Shown here: in pieces, positions 1 to 6,509 of the stretch
How positions within the stretch are numbered: position 1 is the stretch's first letter
How the letters are laid out: each line of letters opens with the position of its first letter
Assembly: GCA_040386535.1 (NCBI GenBank)
Contig: JAZKFH010000012.1
Coordinates: 114,471 to 126,667, forward strand
Direction: 5' to 3'
Length of the DNA stretch: 12,197 bases
Source of the DNA: Myxococcota bacterium
GTDB taxonomy: Bacteria > Myxococcota_A > UBA796 > SXON01
The notes under the pieces: generated by a model
Database searches by the model: none
What the model was told of the DNA's origin: nothing
Seen by the model: only the letters and a program-made list of their open reading frames with translations
Translations under genes and position numbers: made by a program

Positions 1-160
1 TCCTGCTCTCCTGCTCTCCTGCTCTCCTGCTCTCCTGCTCTCCTGCTCTCCTGCTCTCCTGCTCTCCTGCTCTCCTGCTCTCCTGCTCTCCTGCTCTCCT
101 GCTCTCCTGCTCTCCTGCTCTCCTGCTCTCCTGCTCTCCTGCTCTCCTGCTTTCCTGATT
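1..160. repeat. Tandem 8-mer repeat (TCCTGCTC)x18 plus two degenerate units (TCCTGCTT, TCCTGATT); truncated at the window start
   Basis: Perfect 8-bp period from 1 to 144, with variants at 145-152 and 153-160. It continues into CTCCGGAA, matching the element at the right end of the window. Confidence 0.97.
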
Positions 161-186
161 CTCCGGAATGCCGGCTCCGATTGAGC

Positions 187-232
187 CATGCGCGCGCATG
201 CGCGCTCATGCTCGGAGGATGCGCGCGCATCC
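187..232. promoter_or_regulatory. Cluster of palindromic sites (core ATGCGCGCGCAT); candidate enhancer-binding-protein UAS
   Basis: Perfect palindromes CATGCGCGCGCATG (187-200) and GGATGCGCGCGCATCC (217-232), cores 31 bp apart. A one-mismatch copy CATGCGCGCTCATG lies at 197-210. All are about 100-145 bp upstream of the predicted sigma54 start site. Confidence 0.5.
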
Positions 233-303
233 AGGCACATCGCACCGCCGCGTCGTGAAGGGCCCGCGCACGGCGTCGTAGAAGCGTCGCTGGCCCGTGC
301 GGG

Positions 304-320
304 CTGGCACGGGGCATGCT
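304..320 (+). promoter_or_regulatory. Sigma54 (RpoN) -24/-12 promoter
   Basis: CTGGCACG-GGGC-ATGCT versus consensus YTGGCACG-N4-TTGCW. GG (306-307) and GC (318-319) are exactly 10 nt apart. Predicted +1 near 331, followed by SD GGGGAG (332-337) and ATG 344. Confidence 0.75.
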
Positions 321-343
321 TTCGGTGTCCCGGGGAGCTGACA

Positions 344-1669
344 ATGTCCGATCGCCATGACGTCATCATCGTGGGGGGACGCCCCGCCGGGGTGGGCCTC
401 GCCATCCGGCTTGCGCGCCAGGGGCGCCGCGTGCTCGTGCTCGACCGCGCCACGTTCCCCTCGCCGCCCCAGGTGCCGTCGTGTCCGGCGCTCCACATGG
501 GGACCCTCGCGCTGCTCGACGAGCTCGGTGTCCCCGAGGCGGTGTACGCCACCGGCGCCCAGCGGTTCGGCGACTACGTGATCCGCTTCGGGACGTGGTT
601 CGACGCGCCCATCCGCATGCCCACGGTGCACGGGCGCGCGTTCGGCTACTACGTCGATCGCAGCGTGTTCGACGCGGCGATGTGGGAGCACCTCGGCCCG
701 ATCCCGGGGGTGGAGCGGCGGGCGGGGTTCCGGGTGGACGCGGTCTTGCGGGAGGGGGACCGGGTAGTCGGCGTGGAGGGGCAGATGGCGGACGGCACCC
801 TCGAAGCGTTCCACGCGCCGTGGGTCGTCGGGGCGGACGGGCGCTTCAGCAGCGTGGCGCGCATGGTCGGCGCGGCCACGGTGGAGACGCGCGACGAGAA
901 GGCGAGCACGGTCTACTTCGCCGACTGGAAGGGGGTCGCCCCTCGGTACGCCGGCGCGCCCGTCGAGATGGAGGTGTGGACCGACGGCGCAGGGACCGAC
1001 GTGCTCCTGTTCCCGCTCCCCGGCAACCGGTTCACCGTCGCGACGCATCAGCGCGCGGATCAGGTGGACACCGGCGGGGATCCCGAGGCCTACTACCGCG
1101 CCCAGATCCGCCGGTACCCCTGGTACACCGAGCGGTTCGCGGACGCGGACGTCACCAGCCGCGTCATCGGCGTCAAGAAGATCGGAAACGGCTACCGCGA
1201 AGCGGCGGGCAAGGGGTGGGCCCTCCTGGGCGACGCCTTCCACTACAAGGACCCCGTCGACGCGCAGGGCATCTACGACGCGTTGTTGGGCGGGCGGATC
1301 CTCGCGGAGGAGCTCGGCGCCGCGCTCGACGGGCGGCAGGACGCCGAGGTCGCGGGCAAGCGGTACGGCGAGCGGGCCCGCGCCGCTACCCACCCGATGT
1401 TCGAGGCCACGGTCCAGCGCCTCGTGACCGAGCTGTACGGACCGCCGCCCAACCTGGTCGTCCGCACGGTGATCCGATGGCTGCTCACTGATCGGACCTA
1501 CCAGGAGCGTTTCTTCCGGTTCATCGGGCGGGACCCCTCCGTCGATCCCACACGGTGGCGGCCGCCCAGCCTCATCCTGGGGGCGGTGGCGCGCGGCCTG
1601 GGGCGGGATGTCGCGCGGTTCCTCGGACGGTCGGCGAAGGAGTTGCCCGGGCCCGTCGCGGGAAGGTGA
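344..1669 (+). CDS. NAD(P)/FAD-dependent oxidoreductase (FAD_binding_3 / geranylgeranyl-reductase-like flavoprotein), 441 aa
   Basis: N-terminal dinucleotide-binding motif DVIIVGGRPAG...VLVLDR, VVGADGRFSSVAR (DG motif) and LLGDAFHYKDPVDAQGIYDA (GD motif). Start moved from 188 to ATG 344 because of the SD and promoter. Confidence 0.9.
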   Translation: MSDRHDVIIVGGRPAGVGLAIRLARQGRRVLVLDRATFPSPPQVPSCPALHMGTLALLDELGVPEAVYATGAQRFGDYVIRFGTWFDAPIRMPTVHGRAFGYYVDRSVFDAAMWEHLGPIPGVERRAGFRVDAVLREGDRVVGVEGQMADGTLEAFHAPWVVGADGRFSSVARMVGAATVETRDEKASTVYFADWKGVAPRYAGAPVEMEVWTDGAGTDVLLFPLPGNRFTVATHQRADQVDTGGDPEAYYRAQIRRYPWYTERFADADVTSRVIGVKKIGNGYREAAGKGWALLGDAFHYKDPVDAQGIYDALLGGRILAEELGAALDGRQDAEVAGKRYGERARAATHPMFEATVQRLVTELYGPPPNLVVRTVIRWLLTDRTYQERFFRFIGRDPSVDPTRWRPPSLILGAVARGLGRDVARFLGRSAKELPGPVAGR

Positions 1670-1690
1670 GCTGAACGAACGCGCGGCGGC

Positions 1691-1696
1691 TACGAT
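1691..1696 (+). promoter_or_regulatory. -10 box (TACGAT) 6 nt upstream of ATG 1703; probable leaderless promoter
   Basis: TAnnnT hexamer at leaderless spacing, with no clear SD. Confidence 0.45.
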
Positions 1697-1702
1697 GGGG
1701 CC

Positions 1703-2137
1703 ATGCGCACCCTCGCCCGTGTCTCGTTGACCTTCCTGTTCCTCCAATGCGTCGCGAGCACCGTGGCGTGGGCATGTTCCTGCAACTCCGAGGAGTCGAC
1801 GCCGGCGGAGCGCCTCGACGCACACGAAAAGGTGTTCGTGGGCGAGGTGCTCGACGGGCCGCACGCGCGCGGGTGTGGGCTCGTGACGAGCTCGATTGAT
1901 CCGGTCACCTACACCCTCGCGGTGACCGAGGCGTTCAAGGGCGTGACGGAGGGGGACGACATCACCCTCAAGACCCAGCGAAGTGGAGTCTCGTGCGGCT
2001 TGGAGATGGAGGTTGGTGAGTCGCGCCTGATCTACACGTACGCCGACGACGATTGGGTGAGCCTGTGCGGTCCCGGCGGCCTCGCGGCCGAAAGTGCCGA
2101 GGAGATCGTTGCGCTCCGCGCGGCGGTCGCCGAGTAG
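1703..2137 (+). CDS. Secreted TIMP/NTR-like (OB-fold) protein, 144 aa
   Basis: Signal peptide ending AWA followed by CSC. VFVGEV, YTLAVTEAFKG, SCG and a C-terminal Cys follow the pattern of TIMP N-terminal domains and their bacterial homologues. Confidence 0.7.
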   Translation: MRTLARVSLTFLFLQCVASTVAWACSCNSEESTPAERLDAHEKVFVGEVLDGPHARGCGLVTSSIDPVTYTLAVTEAFKGVTEGDDITLKTQRSGVSCGLEMEVGESRLIYTYADDDWVSLCGPGGLAAESAEEIVALRAAVAE

Positions 2138-2148
2138 CCCCGCCCGGA

Positions 2149-2157
2149 TGGTACGCT
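2149..2157 (+). promoter_or_regulatory. Extended -10 (TGgTACGCT) 7 nt upstream of ATG 2165; probable leaderless promoter
   Basis: TGnTAnnnT motif at leaderless spacing within a 27-bp intergenic gap. Confidence 0.5.
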
Positions 2158-2164
2158 CGCGGGG

Positions 2165-3910
2165 ATGCTCCTGCTCCTCGCCTGCACCGCCCCGTCCCCG
2201 GATTCGTCCACGCCCCCGGACACCGCGCTCGTCGTCGACACCGCGGACTCCGCGTCCGACACCGACACGGCGGACACCACCGAGACGGACACGACGGACA
2301 CCGATCCGGACACCGACACGGGCGAGACGGCCGTCGACACGGACACGGGGGAGACCGCCGTCGACACCGACGACACCGACGACACCGCCCCGGACGACAC
2401 GTGGCGCTCGGCGCTCTACCCCGAGGACTGGACCCCCGCGTTCACCGACGGCGACGGGCACTTCCTCCACGACTTCAGCTACGCCGGCTACCGCGCGGGC
2501 GAGGTCGCGCTCCCGACGACAGCGCCGGGCGCCTCCTTCGACGTGACGCTCTACGGGGCCGATGCCACCGGCGCTTCCGACAGCACCAGCGCCATCCAGG
2601 CGGCCATCACCGCGGCCTCCGCCGCCGCGCCCGCCGTGGTCGATCTGCCCGCCGGCACGTACCGCGTCGACGGCGTCCTCACCGTCGCCACCTCCGGCGT
2701 CGTGCTGCGCGGCGCGGGCTCGGCGTCGACCTTCGTGTACTTCACCAAGACGACGGGCGTGGACTACGCGGCGCACCTCACGTTCGGCGGAAACGTCACG
2801 CAGGGGGCCGACCACCTCCTCACGGTCGACGGGGCGGCGAGGGCCCACGAGGTGCAGCTGGCCGACGTCTCCGGCATCGCGGTGGGGGACAACGTCGCGA
2901 TCGGCTGGACGATCTCGGACGCGTTCGTGGACGAGCACGGCATGACCGACACGTGGGTGACCTTCAACGGCGACTGGAAGACCTTCTTCCGGCGCACCGT
3001 CACCGCGGTCGACCCGGGCACGAACACCGTCACCGTCGACGTGCCGCTGCGGTACCCGGCCCTGGTGCGCGACGGCGCGAGCCTCCGCGTGGAGTCCGGC
3101 TACCTCTCGGAGTGTGGTCTGGAGGGCCTCGCGGTCTCCAACGCGGCGGACTGGGACGCGGCCTGGGCGAGCACGCAGGTGCACGTCGCGATCTTCTCGG
3201 AGGTGCAGGATTGCTGGGTGCGCGACGTGGTGAGCTTCGCCTCGCCGTACCCCACCGACGCGCGCGGCAAGCACCTCATGAGCAGCGGCATCGAGGTGCT
3301 CGACAGCCGCCGCGTCACCATCACCGACAGCGTGATGGAGGAGGCCGAGCACCGCGGGACCGGCGGGAACGGCTACCTGTTCGAGATCTCGCGCAGCAAC
3401 GAGGTGCTCACCGTCGACACGATCGCGCGCGGCGGCCGCCACAACTTCATCCAGAACTGGGACTTCGGGACGAGCGGCTGCGTGTGGCTCCGCACCACGT
3501 CGGAGGCCGGCCGCTCCTTGCTCGCCGACTGGGATCCCGTCGGGTACGAGTCGTACTCGGAGTTCCACCACTCGCTCGCGATGGCGAACCTCATCGACCA
3601 GAGCGAGGCCACCGACGGGTGGCAGGGCGTGAACCGCCAGGGCGAGAGCTCGGGCGCGGGGCACAGCGCCACCCAGAACGTGTGGTGGGGCCTCGGCGGC
3701 GGCGGCTACCTGCGCTCGCTCCAGGTGGGCGAAGGCTACGTCATCGGCACCGACGGGATGGACGTACACGTCGACCCCGCCGAGTGGGACTGGAACAGCT
3801 CCGGGGAGGGCACGGCCCCCGAGGACTGGACCGAGGGGCTCGACGAGGCGGCCACGTTGGAGCCTGCGTCGCTCTACGAGGACCAGCTCGCGCGGCGGTT
3901 GGGGGAGTAG
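2165..3910 (+). CDS. Lipoprotein with Asp/Thr-rich linker and right-handed beta-helix domain (pectate lyase 3 / GH28-related fold), 581 aa
   Basis: Lipobox MLLLLAC and acidic DTDT linker. DFSYAGY, FDVTLYGADATGASDSTSAIQAAI, VVDLPAGTYRV and SGVVLRGAG are typical of Pectate_lyase_3-type N-termini, followed by beta-helix coils. Confidence 0.85.
   Translation: MLLLLACTAPSPDSSTPPDTALVVDTADSASDTDTADTTETDTTDTDPDTDTGETAVDTDTGETAVDTDDTDDTAPDDTWRSALYPEDWTPAFTDGDGHFLHDFSYAGYRAGEVALPTTAPGASFDVTLYGADATGASDSTSAIQAAITAASAAAPAVVDLPAGTYRVDGVLTVATSGVVLRGAGSASTFVYFTKTTGVDYAAHLTFGGNVTQGADHLLTVDGAARAHEVQLADVSGIAVGDNVAIGWTISDAFVDEHGMTDTWVTFNGDWKTFFRRTVTAVDPGTNTVTVDVPLRYPALVRDGASLRVESGYLSECGLEGLAVSNAADWDAAWASTQVHVAIFSEVQDCWVRDVVSFASPYPTDARGKHLMSSGIEVLDSRRVTITDSVMEEAEHRGTGGNGYLFEISRSNEVLTVDTIARGGRHNFIQNWDFGTSGCVWLRTTSEAGRSLLADWDPVGYESYSEFHHSLAMANLIDQSEATDGWQGVNRQGESSGAGHSATQNVWWGLGGGGYLRSLQVGEGYVIGTDGMDVHVDPAEWDWNSSGEGTAPEDWTEGLDEAATLEPASLYEDQLARRLGE
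2309..2362 (+). repeat. 27-bp coding tandem duplication (DTDTGETAV x2)
   Basis: 2309-2335 and 2336-2362 encode the same 9 aa, with synonymous differences. Confidence 0.8.
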
Positions 3911-3979
3911 GCGCTTCGCGGCGCGATTGCCGCCCAGCTCGCGTTCCACGCGATACGCCGGTGGGCTCCCGAGGGCGAC

Positions 3980-4810
3980 CTGACCGACTACACGCTCGAC
4001 ATCGACGAGACCGGCCGGTTCACCCCCGACGAGCCGTGGTCGGCCGTCGTGGGTTGGCTGCGCGAGGGCGCGCCGGGCGACGACGACGCGCCGCTCCGCC
4101 GCTCGCTCACCGAGGCGTTCCCTTCCCGCTGGCCCCTCCACGCGACCGAAGCGAACGCGCGAGGAGACGGCGACCGCCTCCGCAGGGCCGTCCGCGGCGT
4201 GCTCGGGGGGCGGGGATGGCTCGTCCTGGCGCGGATGCATGACGATGCACACCCCGACGTGGGCGGCCTGGTCGGGCACCCGTACCCCCACGCCCTCCGC
4301 GCCGTCCTCGCGCGCACGGCGCTCTTGTTCCGCGCTCGCCCGGTGCGCATCCACCTGCGCGTGGCCGACCGGGGCGTGGCGATCCGAGTGGGCGCCGGGG
4401 CCGCGGCCCGAGGCTACATGCACCACACCTACGTGCATCAGCTCGCGACGAGCGCGGTGGCGGGGTTGCGGACCGAGGCCGCCCTGATCGCGGTGTGCGC
4501 GCGGTTCCGCATGGACACCTCGGCGCCGGCGGGGCTCGTCGTCGCCGACTCGCTCGCCAACCGCGCGGGGCACCACCTGCGCCGTTCCGGGGGGATGAGC
4601 CTCGCCACCTTCGGCGCGCGCCTCACCGACGACTTCGGGCTGGAGGTCGTGGTGCCAGGACGGGCCTCCCCGCTGCCGACGCTCGCCGCCGACGGGCCGT
4701 GGGAGGCCGCGATCCGCGCCCGCGCGTCCGGTGTGGAGGTGCGGCCGCCGGTCGGCGGCGACTGGCGGGACGAGCAGGCGCGGATGTGGATCGACGAGGT
4801 GGCGCCGTGA
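3980..4810 (+). CDS. DUF3800-like RNase H-fold putative nuclease, about 276 aa; probable non-canonical (CTG) start
   Basis: In-frame YTLDIDETG (DETG at 4004-4015), LHATE (4136-4150), IHLRVADRG and GLVVADSLAN (4532-4561) resemble the DUF3800 DE...H...D...(Q)xAD pattern. The DE motif is upstream of the first GTG (4049). CTG 3980 follows GAGGG (3971-3975). Start position uncertain. Confidence 0.6.
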   Translation: MTDYTLDIDETGRFTPDEPWSAVVGWLREGAPGDDDAPLRRSLTEAFPSRWPLHATEANARGDGDRLRRAVRGVLGGRGWLVLARMHDDAHPDVGGLVGHPYPHALRAVLARTALLFRARPVRIHLRVADRGVAIRVGAGAAARGYMHHTYVHQLATSAVAGLRTEAALIAVCARFRMDTSAPAGLVVADSLANRAGHHLRRSGGMSLATFGARLTDDFGLEVVVPGRASPLPTLAADGPWEAAIRARASGVEVRPPVGGDWRDEQARMWIDEVAP

Positions 4811-5460
4811 CCTCGACGCTCACCGACGCGGTCACACGACTCACTGTCGATCGCACCGACAAGGGCGCCGCCAAGGCCCTCGTGGAGGGGCTCCACCGCC
4901 TCGGCCGCATCCTCGCCGCGGAGCGTGGCCTCGACGCCTCGACCGGGGAGCAGGTGGCCCAGGACCTCCTCGTGCACGTCTGGACGCAGATATGCGCGGG
5001 CACCTTGCGCGTGGAGCACGTGGACGCCTGGGCACGTCGCGCGCTCGGCAACCGCCTCCTCGACGTGGTGCGCCGCGCGAGGACCACACCGGTCGAGCCC
5101 GACGAGCTGGAGCGACGCGGTGGGGCCTACGTGCCCGTGGGCTCCGATCCGGTCGCCCGCTTCCGCGCGGCGTTCGCCGCCGCCCTCGAAGCGCGTCGTG
5201 CGCACGATCGGCCGGGGCTCGCCACCGCCTGGGATCGCTATTGGCGCACGGTGCACGAGAGCCGTACGCTCGAGGCCATCGTGCGCGAGGAGGACCCCCG
5301 CGCCAACGTCGGGAGCGCGCAGCGCGCCCACGCGCGGCTGGCGGACGCGGTCTGCGAGCACGCGGACAGTGACGATGTGGGCCTGTTCCGCGACCTCCTC
5401 AACTTGCGCGTGTTGTCCGGTGGCGCCGGGCCCGCGCGTCTCCGGGAAGGTGAACCATGA
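4807..5460 (+). CDS. Divergent ECF-type (sigma70 group 4) sigma factor, 217 aa
   Basis: Region-2-like EQVAQDLLVHVW...DAWARRALGNRLLDVVRR and degenerate region-4-like RTLEAIVREE...NVGSAQRAHARL. GTG overlaps the upstream TGA (GTGA 4807-4810), with SD GAGGTGG. Confidence 0.75.
   Translation: MTSTLTDAVTRLTVDRTDKGAAKALVEGLHRLGRILAAERGLDASTGEQVAQDLLVHVWTQICAGTLRVEHVDAWARRALGNRLLDVVRRARTTPVEPDELERRGGAYVPVGSDPVARFRAAFAAALEARRAHDRPGLATAWDRYWRTVHESRTLEAIVREEDPRANVGSAQRAHARLADAVCEHADSDDVGLFRDLLNLRVLSGGAGPARLREGEP
5414..5441 (+). promoter_or_regulatory. Candidate ECF promoter TGTCCGG-N16-CGTCT inside the 3' end of the sigma gene
   Basis: TGTC-type -35 and CGTC -10 with a 16-nt spacer, the layout known for ECF41-type promoters (TGTCACA-N16-CGTC). 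It lies just upstream of SD AAGGTGA and ATG 5457. Confidence 0.5.
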
Positions 5461-6509
5461 CCCGCTCCCTCTTGGACTTGGATGGGCACACGGCGCTCGA
5501 CGCCCTCGCGCGCCGGATCCCCGGCGTCCGCACACTCCGCCCGCTCCGCGAGAGCCGACCTCCACGAGCGGAGGGCGTGGGCGACGCCCTGTCGCTCGGC
5601 GTCCTCCCGAGCGCGGTCGGGCGTGGTGTCGACGTTCAGGGCCTCCTCGACGCGCTCCTGGACCCCAACGCCGACGCGGCGCTCGACGAGGAGCCGCCCG
5701 ACGCGCTCCCGCCGTCCGGCCTCTACACCGCGTACGGTGAGGCCAACCCGGTCGAGTGGGCCGGGCTGGGGGTCGCGGCGGGGCCGGGTGTGCACCGGAG
5801 CCGCGCCGACGCGCGCTGGATCCGGGTCGCGGACGCCGACTGCGTCGGGCTCCTCGAGGGGGACATCCGCGTCGACGTCGACGAGCACGGCGTGGAGTGG
5901 CTGTTCTTCGCCCCCGGTGGCCTCGCCGCGTTGCGGCTGCGGGGCGGGTGGGTGCTCGTGGTGGAGCAGGGCGTCGCGACGTTGTGCCGCGAGGAGCCCA
6001 AGCCGGTCGCGGTCTCCGAGCCGGTCTGGGCGAACCTCGACGCGCTCGCGACGCTCGACCCGCGCCTCGTGGAGGAAGCCGTGGGCACCGTGGACCACGT
6101 GGGGCTCTACGTCCGCCACGGCGTTGGGGGTGGGGACATCGTCGCCCGGGTCCTCTCGGGGGCGGCGCCGCCTCACCTGGACGCGGTGCGGGCGTGGATC
6201 CGCACCGTGCCCGGCGTGACATGGGAGAGCGTGCGCGGCGAGACGGATGCGCGCGTGCACGCGCTTCGCGAACAGCTGCTCGACGCGCTCCCGGAGGGCG
6301 TGGCGTGGGCCGCGGTGCAGCGCGACGTCCTGGAGAGTGAACGGATCGTCCTCGCGCTCGCCGGGCGCGCCGAGGGGCTCGACACCGTGCTCGATCGCGT
6401 CGACGACGAGGCGGAGGCCGCCGGCCTCGGCGAGGTGGACCTCGACCCCGTGCCCGTTCGTCTCCAGGCCGAGGCCCGCACGTTTGCCCGCTGGTGGGGC
6501 CGCCCGTGA
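5457..6509 (+). CDS. Hypothetical cytoplasmic protein, 350 aa; candidate anti-sigma factor / protease substrate
   Basis: ATGA overlap with the sigma gene and GC3-rich codon usage. No signal peptide or TM segment. Beta-rich middle and a helical acidic C-terminus ending RWWGRP. Function inferred from position only. Confidence 0.7.
   Translation: MTRSLLDLDGHTALDALARRIPGVRTLRPLRESRPPRAEGVGDALSLGVLPSAVGRGVDVQGLLDALLDPNADAALDEEPPDALPPSGLYTAYGEANPVEWAGLGVAAGPGVHRSRADARWIRVADADCVGLLEGDIRVDVDEHGVEWLFFAPGGLAALRLRGGWVLVVEQGVATLCREEPKPVAVSEPVWANLDALATLDPRLVEEAVGTVDHVGLYVRHGVGGGDIVARVLSGAAPPHLDAVRAWIRTVPGVTWESVRGETDARVHALREQLLDALPEGVAWAAVQRDVLESERIVLALAGRAEGLDTVLDRVDDEAEAAGLGEVDLDPVPVRLQAEARTFARWWGRP

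Noticed and set aside
1..160. Possible CRISPR array, given the CalpL/Craspase-like operon
   Set aside because: Contiguous 8-mer units with no unique spacers. No 23-47-bp repeat-spacer pattern or cas gene was seen anywhere in the window.
188..343. N-terminal extension of the oxidoreductase from ATG 188
   Set aside because: The region holds the sigma54 promoter and palindromes, and the FAD-binding motif begins right after ATG 344, which has an SD.
3890..3911. Similar gene ends at 3910 (ARRLGE*, GGGGGAGTAGG) and 12048 (ARLGGE*, GGGGGAGTAGG)
   Set aside because: Short G-rich match in unrelated proteins with no further flanking similarity; chance cannot be excluded.
3908..3979. UAG read-through fusing the beta-helix lipoprotein to the in-frame DUF3800-like ORF
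   Set aside because: Being in frame has a 1-in-3 chance. Fusing an exported lipoprotein to a cytoplasmic nuclease is implausible, and 3911-3960 is less coding-like. A non-canonical start is simpler.
206..4576. 1456-aa minus-strand ORF and other long alternative-frame ORFs (2053-4242, 4438-6738, 7566-9407, 9604-11550, 11034-12170)
   Set aside because: Arg/Gly/Pro/Ala-rich shadow frames of high-GC genes. They overlap CDSs with recognisable motifs and show none themselves.
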